DNA from: Schizochytrium sp. TIO01 | Lineage: Eukaryota > Protista > Bigyra: Labyrinthulomycetes | NCBI GenBank assembly: GCA_004764695.1 | Contig: SMSO01000034.1 | Coordinates: 2,170,001 to 2,234,000 of the forward strand | Length of the DNA: 64,000 nucleotides | Reading direction: 5' to 3' | Part shown: positions 11,583 to 22,779 of the stretch, one piece after another | How the letters are laid out: every line of letters begins with the position of its first letter | Numbering within the stretch: position 1 is the stretch's first letter | The notes under the pieces: generated by a model | Told to the model about the DNA's origin: nothing | Databases searched by the model: none | Seen by the model: only the letters and a program-made list of their open reading frames with translations | Program-made: the position numbers and the translations under genes

Positions 11583-12761
11583 ATGCAATTAAGTACTGCG
11601 GCTTTCTGTGCTGCTGTTGGTGGAGGTCTGTTTTTTGCCAGACTCAAAGCCCAGCGCAGCGACAGTAAGAATGAAGCCAAGGAAGCTACAAACGATGCGG
11701 CTGCCTTAGCCTCTAATCGTTTATACACGATCTTTGGAGGGCTCCTCACATCGTCCACAATCTATGTGGGCGACCAGCTTGGAATTTATGAGGAAATGGT
11801 TCGCCTCGGACCCATCACTAGCAAGGATCTGGCAGAGGAAACTGGCCTGCATGAGCGCTGGCTGCACGAGTGGCTCTTACAGAATGCTGCAGACAAACTT
11901 CTTACTTACGACCCCAAAACTAAAAAGTTCGCGCTTGCACCTGGCTATGATCAAGCTCTGACAAATCCCAATTCTGTTGGCCTGTTCCAAATGGGACCGG
12001 GTCTCTGCGCACGGATTTCGTCACTGAAGAATGTGATGAAGGATCCGCATGGCTTGGGAGAACCATATGACGGTACCTTCAAAGATGATTTCGCCAAGGC
12101 CATTGAGCGCATTCACACTGAGATTTACGAGAGAATCATACCAGATGAAGTACTTCCGTCACCAAAGGTAGCTGGAGGAGTTCTCCCAGAGTTGATGGAA
12201 AAGGGTGGCATACGCATTGCTGAGGTCGGATGTGGTACGGCCTCCGGAGTTGTTGAGCTTGCTCGGCGGTATCCAAGTACTCACTTTCATGGATTCGAAC
12301 TATCTGAGGAGGCAATCACACATGCTCGGAACCGCATTGCACGCTCAAGAGTCCAGAACGCAACCATCAATGACGTGAGGGATTCCCCTATGGAATCAGA
12401 TTCTTTTGACTTTGTGTACTGTCATGATGTCATCCATGACTGTGCGCACCCTATGCCGCTCATTCATGATGTCTTCCGTGGACTGCGTTCAGGAGGATCC
12501 TTTTTCATTGTGGATATTAAAACTCACGAGACAGATGAAGCAACCATTGCCGATCCTACTGCCCGTGTACGCCTCGGCTTCTCCTGTGGCCTTTGTCTGC
12601 ATTCCGGTTCAAGTGAGAAGGATGGTGCTCGCCTAGGCACAATGGGTCTTCGCCCAAGCATCTTTCAAAACATGCTCGAGGAAGCTGGCTTTGTTGACTT
12701 TGAGACAATTCATTTAGATTGCATGCCTGCAAATGCCTGCTATATTGCACGCAAGCCTTAA
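11583..12761 (+). CDS. Class I SAM-dependent methyltransferase with N-terminal winged-helix (Rv2258c-like), paralogue 1
   Basis: wHTH motif GDQLGIYEEM..GPITSKDLAEETGLHERWLHEWL; motif I IAEVGCGTA; FDFVYCHDVIHDCAHP; C-terminal GARLGTMG. First ATG at 11583; short hydrophobic N-terminus. Confidence 0.9.
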   Translation: MQLSTAAFCAAVGGGLFFARLKAQRSDSKNEAKEATNDAAALASNRLYTIFGGLLTSSTIYVGDQLGIYEEMVRLGPITSKDLAEETGLHERWLHEWLLQNAADKLLTYDPKTKKFALAPGYDQALTNPNSVGLFQMGPGLCARISSLKNVMKDPHGLGEPYDGTFKDDFAKAIERIHTEIYERIIPDEVLPSPKVAGGVLPELMEKGGIRIAEVGCGTASGVVELARRYPSTHFHGFELSEEAITHARNRIARSRVQNATINDVRDSPMESDSFDFVYCHDVIHDCAHPMPLIHDVFRGLRSGGSFFIVDIKTHETDEATIADPTARVRLGFSCGLCLHSGSSEKDGARLGTMGLRPSIFQNMLEEAGFVDFETIHLDCMPANACYIARKP

Positions 12762-13575
12762 ATATGCATTTAGCCCTTATTCTATACTGGTATATCTTTA
12801 TTGTTGTGGTGCTCTAAACGTAACATTACGTGTCTAATATTTTGACTCCCTCTTCTCCGCACATCTCCCCCTTCTGTCTTTTGATTAGGCAGTATTTTTC
12901 TATTATCTCATTTCAGTACTACCTTTTTGTAGGCAAACGGTCTTCGGCATATATTTCGAGACGCTCCGAAACGGACTTTGATCCCATAGCACCCTCTCGA
13001 AAACCTCGCCAGCACTTCCAAAGAGCAATGCATGCATTACAGCATGCATTACAGCATGCACGCAATATTTCCATTCCTAGTATCGAGGACCAAATGAGGA
13101 TGGATGAGTCCCAAAGTATCATTCCTCGCACACCTCGCGCAACCCTTGATTCATCCGTAGGTAGAGCACACCCAACACTTGTTGTTGTTTCCAAGTCTTT
13201 CTGAAATGCAATCTTGTGGCTCTGAATTAACCCATGAACAACCTCAGGCACCCCTGGGAAATGTTTCTGGACCACGCCACAACTTGAATTGTCGATTTAC
13301 TATACAACCTCGTCTTCACAACAAGAACTTTGAAGTTTTCTGGTGGCGATAATTATTTTTTCAAAGTTTATGAAAACTAAAAATTTGGTAAATCTTCTTT
13401 ATTCAATAGCAATATCAGAAATTGAACTGATTCGTTGATTCCATAGAGTTCTTCATTTAAAATTGACCCGCCTTCATTCAAACCCGAATGGCTTGCTCCC
13501 TTCACTGCAATTCTTCGGTGTTGACGTTCAAGTGATTTTGCTCTGGCTTTGCGGAAGTTGCTTTGAAGGTTTGCG

Positions 13576-14913
13576 ATGGCGTCTGCGGATGCGGCAAGGT
13601 CCACCGGTAATGGGCTCATGGATGCTCTCCGGGATAATCTTTGGGGCTCAAGAGCTCAAGAGCTCATCAGTCAGGGACATTCTTGGGCCCACACCGTACT
13701 TGGTTGGCCCTCGGCGCTCTTTTGGTTCGGCATGGGAAGTGGCATGGCTCTTGCATGTATGAAAGCAAAGCTACAGCGAACTCGAGATCGCGTTCAAACA
13801 AAACTTGAGCAAGACCGAGAGAATGCATCTGTCGAAAAAGATCGCAAAGCAGCGTTTGACGCTTCTGGACGTCTCTACCAGATCTTTGGAGGCTTACTGA
13901 CATCGTCTGCGATTTATGTTGGTGATCAGCTTGGTCTTTATGAAGAATTGCGCAAATCTGGACCGATGACCACGAAAGCCCTAGCATGCAAAACGGGTCT
14001 CCACGAACGCTGGTTGCATGAGTGGCTCTTACAGCAAGCAGCGGCTAAGATTTTAAATTATGATCCCAAGACTTGCGCCTTTAGTCTACCATATGGACTT
14101 GATATTGCGCTCACAGACCCAAATATTGTGAGTATGTTTCAAATGGGACCCGGACTTGCGTCGCGTATTGCTTCCCTCATGCACGTGATGCAAGATCCAG
14201 ACGGTCTTGGTGAACCTTACGATGGGTCTTTTAAGGAGGATTTTGCAACAGCTATTGAACGCAGGCACGTCAACGCCTACAAAATTGGACTTCCTGATCA
14301 TGTTTTTCGTTCAGCTTATCTTTTGAATGGTGAATTATCTACACTACTTGCAAAAGGCGGCATGCGGGTGGCAGAGGTTGGCTGTGGTACAGCAACGGGG
14401 CTCATTGAACTTGCACGCCGCTTCCCAAAGTCGGATTTCCACGGCTTTGAACTATCAGAAGAGGCGATTGCTCAAGCTCAGACCCATATTGCTCGCTCCC
14501 ATCTTTCTAACGTGCATATGCACGATGTGCGCGAGTCTCCTATGGAAGCCAACTCTTTTGACTTTGTCTATTGCCACGACGTAGTCCATGACTGTGCACA
14601 GCCTATGGCATTATTGCGTGATGTGTTTCGTGGCCTCCGTGCTGGCTGTAGTTTTCTAGCGATCGATATTAAGACGCACGAAAATGACGAAGGCATCCTT
14701 GCTGACCCCAGCGCTCCTGTAGCACTAGGTTTTTCCTGTGGGCTATGCCTCCACTCTGGCTCAAGCGAAAAGTCCGGTGCCCGCCTTGGTACTATGGGCT
14801 TGCGCCCTTCTCTTTTTAATGAAATGTTGACAGAGGTAGGCTTCACGTCTTTCCAAGCCTTTTCTGTAGACATTCTGCCAGGTAATGCATGCTATGTTGT
14901 GCGTAAGCCTTAG
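13576..14913 (+). CDS. Class I SAM-dependent methyltransferase with N-terminal winged-helix (Rv2258c-like), paralogue 2
   Basis: Collinear with and highly similar to 11583..12761 (IFGGLLTSS, GLHERWLHEWL, AEVGCGTA, FDFVYCHDV, GFSCGLCLHSGSSEK, ends RKP). Confidence 0.9.
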   Translation: MASADAARSTGNGLMDALRDNLWGSRAQELISQGHSWAHTVLGWPSALFWFGMGSGMALACMKAKLQRTRDRVQTKLEQDRENASVEKDRKAAFDASGRLYQIFGGLLTSSAIYVGDQLGLYEELRKSGPMTTKALACKTGLHERWLHEWLLQQAAAKILNYDPKTCAFSLPYGLDIALTDPNIVSMFQMGPGLASRIASLMHVMQDPDGLGEPYDGSFKEDFATAIERRHVNAYKIGLPDHVFRSAYLLNGELSTLLAKGGMRVAEVGCGTATGLIELARRFPKSDFHGFELSEEAIAQAQTHIARSHLSNVHMHDVRESPMEANSFDFVYCHDVVHDCAQPMALLRDVFRGLRAGCSFLAIDIKTHENDEGILADPSAPVALGFSCGLCLHSGSSEKSGARLGTMGLRPSLFNEMLTEVGFTSFQAFSVDILPGNACYVVRKP

Positions 14914-15084
14914 TTAAGTTTTTAGTTGCAAGGATGAAGCCTGACACCACTAGCAAGATTAGGTTCCCTCAAAGCGTACATACTAAGAGATATTTAGTAG
15001 AGTCTAGTTAATATAATGCAAACTTCTTGATCGTACCAATTTTTCAGACACCAGCCATTAATGCTATCATCTGTGCCACTAAAT

Positions 15085-16179
15085 CTAAGACAATGTGCCC
15101 ACACTCAGGGTATCAATATCTTTACCGCCTGAGATCGATTCCATATCCCCAGTTTGTCCCAGTCCTTGGCTATTTTTTCTACTGGCCTGCTGAGATGTCT
15201 GTTGTTGGCTAAACCTTCGAAGCGTTGTGGTGAGGGAGCGAGCACCAATGTCTCCAAGCGAGTCCTCATCTAAGATCTCAAGCTCGAGCTCGCGCTCGCG
15301 GCTCAATTGATCTACCTTGGCCGTAGTTGCCTGTAGCTGCTTTAAGAGCTGCTCGATGGTGTTTTGTTGCTTAGCTATCTGCTGCTCAAGAGCCGAGTTC
15401 ATCGGCCCCAATGCGGATGTTTTTCGAGCCTGGTGCTGCTGGTAATATTGCTGGAGAGGAATGTCCTCATTGTCCAATTCCGACATTGGTGACGGTTGTG
15501 TTGTTTCTGAAAAGTTTGTGCGGCCATTGTGCGTTTGCTGTTGCTGCCCAATTTGAGATTTCCGACGACCGCGCTCGTTTTCTTGACTCTGAAAACGGTC
15601 TTGCTGTACCTCAACACTATCATCTTGAAAGGTTCCTGAGGGTGACAGTGATGGTCGATTTGGCTGCTGATTTTGTTGATTCTGGTTATTATTTTTATTT
15701 TGTTGATTTTGATTTGGTTCAACATTGAAGCCTTGGTTTGGGTCTAAGTTTTGCTGCATGAGAAGCTGGTCCACCTTCTCGGAGAGCTTGGCTAGCTGCT
15801 GAGCCCAAGTCTGATCCTGACTTCCGTTTAGAGTAGGCATTGACTGCGGAGAACCCGGTGCATTTAAGCCTCCATGAGCTACGTTTTGTTGCGAAGTTGG
15901 TAATTCCACGCCTTGCATAGCCTCTGCCAGGAGCTTTTTGCCATGGTCACGAATATGCTTTACGAAAAGTCGCATCCGTGGTGGCACTTGCGGTTCAACG
16001 GCTGCCTTAGACGAGCCACGATCACTGCCAGACTCCGAGCCGCTGCCGTCTTGCGACTCAGATTCAGAGCCGGAACTAGATGCATCAGAGTCCGAATCGC
16101 TCATATCTTTCCACAGATCTTCTGAAGTAGAGTGCCGAGCAGCCTCGTTCTGTTTGACGTTGCTTTCCGGTTTTGACAC
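15085..16179 (-). CDS. Hypothetical low-complexity S/Q/N-rich protein with short coiled coils; 5' end uncertain
   Basis: 364-codon open frame. It starts at GTG just after an AG, so an upstream exon or a downstream ATG (MSDSDS) is possible. Coiled-coil segments LAKLSEKVDQLL and IEQLLKQLQATTAKVDQL. Confidence 0.6.
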   Translation of the reverse strand: MSKPESNVKQNEAARHSTSEDLWKDMSDSDSDASSSGSESESQDGSGSESGSDRGSSKAAVEPQVPPRMRLFVKHIRDHGKKLLAEAMQGVELPTSQQNVAHGGLNAPGSPQSMPTLNGSQDQTWAQQLAKLSEKVDQLLMQQNLDPNQGFNVEPNQNQQNKNNNQNQQNQQPNRPSLSPSGTFQDDSVEVQQDRFQSQENERGRRKSQIGQQQQTHNGRTNFSETTQPSPMSELDNEDIPLQQYYQQHQARKTSALGPMNSALEQQIAKQQNTIEQLLKQLQATTAKVDQLSRERELELEILDEDSLGDIGARSLTTTLRRFSQQQTSQQASRKNSQGLGQTGDMESISGGKDIDTLSVGTLS

Positions 16180-16663
16180 ATCCTTTTTTAATCTTCATAA
16201 CTACACGTTTTTCCTTCAATAGTACTAGTCAATTAACGTTTTCTCTAATTGAACTATTGAGAATCAATTGTTTGGTAATAATAAAGGAATATCACGCCCA
16301 GCTTGCAGTCGGGTCTCTGATAACCAGCTGCAAAGAGTACTAATCTGGTGTGAGGATTTATGTTGCTACATCTTTGGAAATATATTAACTACTCAGGCTG
16401 CTTTTAATTTATTCCAATTTATATTAGTCTAATTGAAAAACATTCAGGTAACTGGTGTGGTAAAACCGAGGAGATAAGAATGGGTAAAGCAAGTGTTCTT
16501 GTTGATAGTTTGCTTATACACAGAGTAGAACTGCGCACAAGCTTCTTACGAGGTGAGGAAGGTCAAGCAATTTCTAAATATGTGTTGCGCATACTGTGAT
16601 TGAATCGAAGAATAGACTGAAAATGATTAGCTGTACAAGTTCCGTCCTAAACATTTTCCCGAG

Positions 16664-17692
16664 CTACGGGTGAAGCTGGGAGAGGATGTGCGGCAAGGCC
16701 GGAAGAAAAACTTCAAGGGCCTCACGAACGGCCTTAGGGCGACCGGGAAGATTTACAATGAGGGTGCGGTTGTCTCGAATACCGGCTACTGCACGAGAGA
16801 GCATAGCCAAAGGTTCTACTTTAGATGTCTCGCGCCGGATTGATTCGGGAATACCACGGATCTCTCGTTGAATAACTTTCAACGTAGCCTCGGGTGTGAC
16901 ATCACGAGGACTGAGACCAGTGCCTCCAGTTGTGAGAATCACATCGCAGGTCGTCGAGAGCTTGATAAGTGCTTCAGAAATCTTCTCAGCTTCGTCAGGC
17001 ACCAAGAGCTTGGACGGTGAATCCACTATTTTGATAAGCTTGTAAGTGTTCGCAAACAATGACACGCACTTTTCCACTTCTGGACCGGAGAGATCCTCGT
17101 AAACTCCCTGAGAAGCTCGGTCACTAACGGTGAGAACACCAAGACGCATAATGGGGATTTCTTCTGGGGATTGTGAACTGCCGTGCAAAGGGTTCGGAAT
17201 GCACTTCATCTGTTTGATCATTGACTCTGCATCCGCTTCGACTGCATTTGGATCCTGACAGCAGACGTCTGACATGATCGGTCCGCTGGAGCTTGATATC
17301 GCCTGAGGTGCAAAAGAACTCTGGCGCGGTGCCACACTACCGGGCTGCCCTAGTGAGGTCTTTTTCACATCGAGATCCGCGGGATGTTGAGCCTGGAAGC
17401 CCTTGCTAGCTTCAAGAGCCTCCAGCTGAGCTTGAGTGGCTTTAGTTTGGAACTTTGATTTCCAGTCGTTGTAGGGCATGCCGTAAATCTCTTCAAGAGC
17501 CTGCTCATAGGTGATATCGACTCCGTTTTCTTTCGCAGCGCGGAAAATCCACTTACTCAGGCAGTTTCTGCAAAACCCGGAGATGGACATCATGTCAATA
17601 TTCTGCACGCATGTGTTTTTCTGCAAGTGCTCTACGAGATGCTCAAGAGCATTTGCATACAGGTCTTTCCGAACATCCTCTGCGACTTCCAT
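16664..17692 (-). CDS. Fusion of DUF1244 (N-terminal) and MogA/gephyrin-G-type molybdopterin adenylyltransferase (C-terminal)
   Basis: N-terminal HLQKNTCVQNIDMMSISGFCRNCLSKW...IYGMPYNDWKSKFQ is the DUF1244 signature. C-terminal GVLTVSDRASQGVYEDLSG, VPDE, ILTTGGTGLSPRDVTPEAT, AMLSRAVAGIR, LIVNLPGRPKAVRE is MogA/Cnx1G. Confidence 0.92.
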   Translation of the reverse strand: MEVAEDVRKDLYANALEHLVEHLQKNTCVQNIDMMSISGFCRNCLSKWIFRAAKENGVDITYEQALEEIYGMPYNDWKSKFQTKATQAQLEALEASKGFQAQHPADLDVKKTSLGQPGSVAPRQSSFAPQAISSSSGPIMSDVCCQDPNAVEADAESMIKQMKCIPNPLHGSSQSPEEIPIMRLGVLTVSDRASQGVYEDLSGPEVEKCVSLFANTYKLIKIVDSPSKLLVPDEAEKISEALIKLSTTCDVILTTGGTGLSPRDVTPEATLKVIQREIRGIPESIRRETSKVEPLAMLSRAVAGIRDNRTLIVNLPGRPKAVREALEVFLPALPHILSQLHP

Positions 17693-18272
17693 TGTATTAT
17701 GCTGTGCTGCTCGCTCGCACGACCAGAAAAGTTCCGCTTTGAAACCAATCCCCTCAGAAAACTAGGACAATCCCCGCTTTCTTGCCGAATTAACAAACCC
17801 AGTCTGGCCTGCTCCTTTTGGCTGTCACGATCCTGGGTCCAAGATCGTAGACCCCAAGCAATCGCTGTTGTTCAAGTTCTGCACAATCTTTCTCCATCAT
17901 CACTATCATTCCTCTCCGAAGATCTTCATCAATTTTATATTTTTTTTAAATTAAAAAAAGATTATGTTTAGTTCGGAGTAATAGCAACCCTTAACGTAAG
18001 CTTTATTCATATCTGTAACATATAGGTCACTAAAATAAATGTTCGAACAACTAAGGGACCTATATCTCCGTTTTGCACCTTGCGTCAAACCGCTGAGACT
18101 CCGCTCTCTCGAGCGTTTGCGGCAATTCCGAGACCAGGAATCGCTCCCGCGGGGTTCTAGGGTGAGTGTGGCACCTTTGTCACACGTGAAGCCAGGCTTA
18201 CGTGGTCGCCGAGTCGAGTGCTGACTTGGGTTGGTTGGGCCAAGCCCGTTCATTTGGCCAATTTCATCTGAC

Positions 18273-21200
18273 ATGGAGAATAACCGCCGAGGGTGGGAGC
18301 GCTCTGGATCAGACTCTGGCAACCTTGGAGCGATGCAGGGCTCTAGCCTGGGAAACTCGGGGTCCCATATACGCGTATTTGTGCGCATTCGACCTTCCGA
18401 AGTCGTTTCTGGGCATTCTGATGCTATTCGTAAATCTGGAGCACCGGCAATTAACAAGATTAGCGAGACTATCATTGGCGCCGATGCCAGTGCATCTCCA
18501 TCCAACGAGGAACAGCACTTTGTTTACGATGGCGTCTTCGATGGTAATGCTTCTCAAGAAATGGTGTATGCGGCTTGCGGAGAACCACTTGTTTCAGAGG
18601 TAGTCAAGGGTTTCAACTGTACAGTTTTTGCTTATGGTCAGACAGGATCTGGAAAAACCCACACTATCTTTGGACCAGACCACTCCATGGATGAGGATCA
18701 ACCCGAGCTCCACGGAGTATTGCCTCGGCTTCTTGAAGATCTCTTCGCTCGCTTCAAAACTGAAGCGAGAGAGCACGAGAATGTAGAGTTTTTATGTAAA
18801 GGTGGCCTCGTGGAAATTTACAATGAACGAATCCATGATCTTCTTGACTCCGCATCAGAATCCAATTTGCAACTTCGTGAGTCCATGCAACGTGGAGTCT
18901 ACGTCGAAGGCCAAACTGAAGTTGTCTTCGATACTGCTCAGGAAGCACTTGACACTGTTAAGCGAGGTGCCGAAGGCCGTCGCGTAGGTGCAACGGCAAT
19001 GAATCGTGAGAGTAGTCGCTCCCATACCGTGTTCACGCTCACTTTAGAGAGCAGGAAACCTGACGCAGACGGCGTGATTGTTTCACGTAAGTCTCGCGTG
19101 AACATTGTCGATCTTGCGGGTAGTGAGCGTCAGAAACTCACCAAGGCAACAGATGAGCGTCTCGTTGAAGCAAACTACATTAATAAGTCCCTGCTTTGTC
19201 TCGGCACTGTCATTAGCTCTCTTGCTGCCCTGGCAGACACCACCGCACCGAGTCTTCGCCCTCACATCAAATATCGTGACTCCAAGCTGACATTCCTCCT
19301 TCGTGATTCGTTGGGTGGAAACTCTAAAACGCACATGATCGCCAACGTGAACCCATCAATGCACTTCATTGGCGAAACTCTTTCAACTCTGAAGTTTGCA
19401 CAACGAGCCAAACGCATTCGTAACCGTGCAAAGGTAAACGAGGATCTTGCCAGTGCAAGTCTCGCTCAGCTCCGTGCTCAGGTCGCTAAGCTTAAGGATG
19501 AACTCGCGGAAGCTCAAGCAATGGCTGCCTCTGGGGTACCGCGGCCTCTGGCCTCCCCCGATCCTGAGAATGGAGATGACGATCACTTTACGATTGGAGC
19601 ATCTGCGAGCGAATGTGGAGATGCAAAAGACTCATTCGCTCTAGAAAGGGTCGAGCAACTCCTGGCTCACGCTCTGGCATCTGCAGAAGCTGCGCGTAAG
19701 CGTGCCGAAGAGTTAACCGGATTGGTCAAATCTCAATCACAAGCTCGTGACCAGCTCAGCAAAGCCTTGTCGTCGCAAAAATCTCTTTTTAAGCTGAAGA
19801 CCGGCCAAGTTGCACAACTTGTGAAGGATCGCACAGAGCTTGCAAAGGAGACTCTGGCAACCTGGCAAGCGCACGAAATGAAACTTGGCAAGATCTTCCT
19901 TGATGTAAACCCGGAGGCCGTAGAATGGCGCACAAGATTTGAGGAATTGCGAACATCGCACCGCATTGATGATGCTCGAGCAGAGGCGATGAAGGAAACC
20001 GAGGCGATGAACCGTCAGCTAAGCCAGGAAATAAAGGCTCTTCTGGAAAGCAAACGCGAACTCCAGGACCTTCTGGCCGCTCGGCCAATGCAGACTATTG
20101 ATGAAGACCTTCCATCGCCGGCAATGTCAGTGCGCTCCGGAGGTCAACGCAAGTCTCTGGGCACACCGATCAAGGCCATAGGAGATAACGACATGCAATT
20201 CGGAGCCGATGACAATTCCAGTCTACCGCCTCTGGCACCATCATCACGCTGCTCGACAACATCGTCAACGCCTGCTCGAGTAATACAAAATCGCAGACGT
20301 GAATCCGGAGGTTCTGTAGGTTCGGTCTGCCCGACTCCTACGCAGGTTGACATGGAGCGTGCAGAACTGTCAATGCTGCAAGATCAGAAACGCAAGGTCA
20401 TGACAAGTCTTGATCAGCAGCAACGCGAGGCCGAACTCACCAAACTTCGTGAAGAAGTTACAGATCTTCGCACAGAGCACGGGGAACTTCAGGAAAAATT
20501 TGACCTTGCCGACAAGGCTCTACAGGAGTCCAAGGCTGCCAATGAACAACTTCGCCATGCAGAGGCAAAGGCAAACAAGGAGATTATGACGCTTGAAACG
20601 CGGATTTCTGAGGCCATGGAGCAGCGTATGGAGCTTGAAAAGGCTCGCGAGGATCTTGAGAATCTGCAAGCTCAACACGCTGTGACGGAGAGATCACTTG
20701 AAGAACTTCAGAAGCGTGCTCAAGAGGAGAAACAGCGACTTGAGCTTGAGCTTGAGGATGTTCGCGCCACGGTCGACACTTTAATGCAGTCACACCGGGA
20801 GCGGGATGAAGCAGCAGAAGAACAAGAACAACAACAACAGATTCTTCAGGAAGAGGTGGAGCAGTTGACCCAATTGCGGGAAGCCCAGCAGACCACAGAC
20901 CGTCTCCGGATTGCCAAACTCAAATCTGATTTGACAGAAGCTGAAAGCCGTGAACAAAGTTCCCTCACTAAGATTGGAGAGCTAGAGCATGCTCTGTTGC
21001 AGTTTCGCGAAAGCTTGCGCAAAGAAAAGGCTCGTGCAGAGGAAGCTGAGGCAGACCGTGAGCGCCTTGAGGCCGATAAAAATGATTTTGAGCAGGCTGC
21101 ACAAAATGAAGCTGCGCAAAGTGAGGTTCTTCGCACAAATCTTTCCGAGGCCAAGGACGAACTTGCGCGGCTTGAGGAAGCACAACGCGCACGGGAGCGC

Positions 21201-21980
21201 CACCTCATTGCCGAGCTTGCGAGTCAGCATGCCCGTCTCAAACTTGGCGATTTGGATGCGGTTGAGAACACGCCTCATCAACCTGATGAAGGTGAACTCG
21301 TTGATGAAGATGCAATTAAAGCTGCAGAGGAAGACGAACATCAACTTCGATTAGAAGCAGAAGCACGAGTAGTAGAGCTGCAGCTCAAGGTGGAGGAGCT
21401 TTCTGCAGCCAATGCAAAGCTGGCAGGTAATACGAACGCCAAGCAACGCATTCGTTATGTGCAAGGCCTGCGGGATGAGATCTTGAGCTTGCGTGAGAAC
21501 GAAGAACGTCTCCGCCGAAAATTGCGTGCAGCTGAGGGCTCAAGCAAATCCCACACGGAGCACCCCGCTGCTCCACCAAGTCCCGCTCAACCTGAGAAAC
21601 CGAGCGAGGAGGTAAGCACAGCGTATGTCCGTGATTTGGAGTCTCAGATTCAGGATCTCCAGTCTGTAAGGGACCGTGAGGCAGAGCGTACTGAGAAACT
21701 TGAGGCCGAGCTTGAGAAACGTGTTGCTGCGTTCAATTCGTTATCTGAAAAGTCGTTGCATCTGAAAAACCTGATTGAGCAGATTCGGGAGCGCCGCCCT
21801 GAAGCGCTGGATCCTGACCACCCGACAATGGACGAGACTGAAGAGCTTCGTCTGGAGCGCGACGAATTGTTACTCGAGAAGCAAGCATGGCTTGCTGAGC
21901 GTGAGGCAATGCAGAAAAGGTTTTTATCTCAGAACCAACCTTCTTTTGCTGATGAGAACCAGGCAAGCAATTCTATCTAA
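18273..21980 (+). CDS. KIF15: Kinesin-12 / KIF15-like motor
   Basis: Motor motifs IRVFVRIRP, FAYGQTGSGKT, NRESSRSH, VDLAGSE, HIKYRDSKLTFLLRDSLGGNSKT; long coiled coil; C-terminal LAGNTNAKQRIRYVQGLRDE resembles the KIF15/HMMR C-terminal motif. First ATG at 18273. Confidence 0.85.
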   Translation: MENNRRGWERSGSDSGNLGAMQGSSLGNSGSHIRVFVRIRPSEVVSGHSDAIRKSGAPAINKISETIIGADASASPSNEEQHFVYDGVFDGNASQEMVYAACGEPLVSEVVKGFNCTVFAYGQTGSGKTHTIFGPDHSMDEDQPELHGVLPRLLEDLFARFKTEAREHENVEFLCKGGLVEIYNERIHDLLDSASESNLQLRESMQRGVYVEGQTEVVFDTAQEALDTVKRGAEGRRVGATAMNRESSRSHTVFTLTLESRKPDADGVIVSRKSRVNIVDLAGSERQKLTKATDERLVEANYINKSLLCLGTVISSLAALADTTAPSLRPHIKYRDSKLTFLLRDSLGGNSKTHMIANVNPSMHFIGETLSTLKFAQRAKRIRNRAKVNEDLASASLAQLRAQVAKLKDELAEAQAMAASGVPRPLASPDPENGDDDHFTIGASASECGDAKDSFALERVEQLLAHALASAEAARKRAEELTGLVKSQSQARDQLSKALSSQKSLFKLKTGQVAQLVKDRTELAKETLATWQAHEMKLGKIFLDVNPEAVEWRTRFEELRTSHRIDDARAEAMKETEAMNRQLSQEIKALLESKRELQDLLAARPMQTIDEDLPSPAMSVRSGGQRKSLGTPIKAIGDNDMQFGADDNSSLPPLAPSSRCSTTSSTPARVIQNRRRESGGSVGSVCPTPTQVDMERAELSMLQDQKRKVMTSLDQQQREAELTKLREEVTDLRTEHGELQEKFDLADKALQESKAANEQLRHAEAKANKEIMTLETRISEAMEQRMELEKAREDLENLQAQHAVTERSLEELQKRAQEEKQRLELELEDVRATVDTLMQSHRERDEAAEEQEQQQQILQEEVEQLTQLREAQQTTDRLRIAKLKSDLTEAESREQSSLTKIGELEHALLQFRESLRKEKARAEEAEADRERLEADKNDFEQAAQNEAAQSEVLRTNLSEAKDELARLEEAQRARERHLIAELASQHARLKLGDLDAVENTPHQPDEGELVDEDAIKAAEEDEHQLRLEAEARVVELQLKVEELSAANAKLAGNTNAKQRIRYVQGLRDEILSLRENEERLRRKLRAAEGSSKSHTEHPAAPPSPAQPEKPSEEVSTAYVRDLESQIQDLQSVRDREAERTEKLEAELEKRVAAFNSLSEKSLHLKNLIEQIRERRPEALDPDHPTMDETEELRLERDELLLEKQAWLAEREAMQKRFLSQNQPSFADENQASNSI

Positions 21981-22779
21981 TACAGACGAGAGTGTCTCTT
22001 GTAATGTTTTCATTGATCAATGCTTTGCTACCTTTGAAGGAGCCTGATCGCTTGTGAAGGATGCATTTACTCCACCACAACATAAGTTGCTTGCTACTTC
22101 TTCCCCTGATATGTTCGGTTGTTTGTCATTCTATTACCATTTTCCCTTTCGCCTGCTGCTAAGATTAACATGCTTTAATTGCACTTTCATAATACATTTC
22201 TGTACTTATCCTCATATAGATTTCGGTGAAGACCTTGCATAGCTTTGCTGGTTGAATTTATACATTCTCTTATTTTCTCTGGTTGAAATGATAAAACATG
22301 AAAAGCTTGTGTTCCTCCTGTTAATTTGGTTACTGAGATTGATAGAGGATGTCAAGTTAAGTTCCAACGCCAATGCTGACAAAAGTAAACCACTTTTTCA
22401 GAACAGAACGCATGACGAAAATTTACGATGGAAAGGAAAAATTCTACATTTTGGGTCTACTTTTTAAAATTGAAGGACTGAAAGAAGGACGGAAGTTTAG
22501 ATACATCTTGAAATCTCCAAAGGGCTTAGGGTTTTCTTTTCTCTTTGCTTATGTCCATTTGAAGATAATGAACCACTGGTCGACAGGTTAAGCAAGAAGA
22601 AGAGGTTTCATCGAGTAAAACCATGCTACGGGAATCTGTTCAGAAGGTAGTTAGACAAATGAGCTTTTGGACAGAAACAGGGAAGGAAGGGGTCTCATGT
22701 GCCAAAAGAAAAAAACAGACGATGGTCTTACAAAGAAGGCCATCATTACAAAAGGAGACCATTCACAGTAATAGACTGA

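Noticed and set aside
12919-13275. 118-aa minus-strand ORF with a 12-bp tandem repeat between the two methyltransferases
   Set aside because: Non-ATG start and no recognisable domain; may be a remnant but is unsupported.
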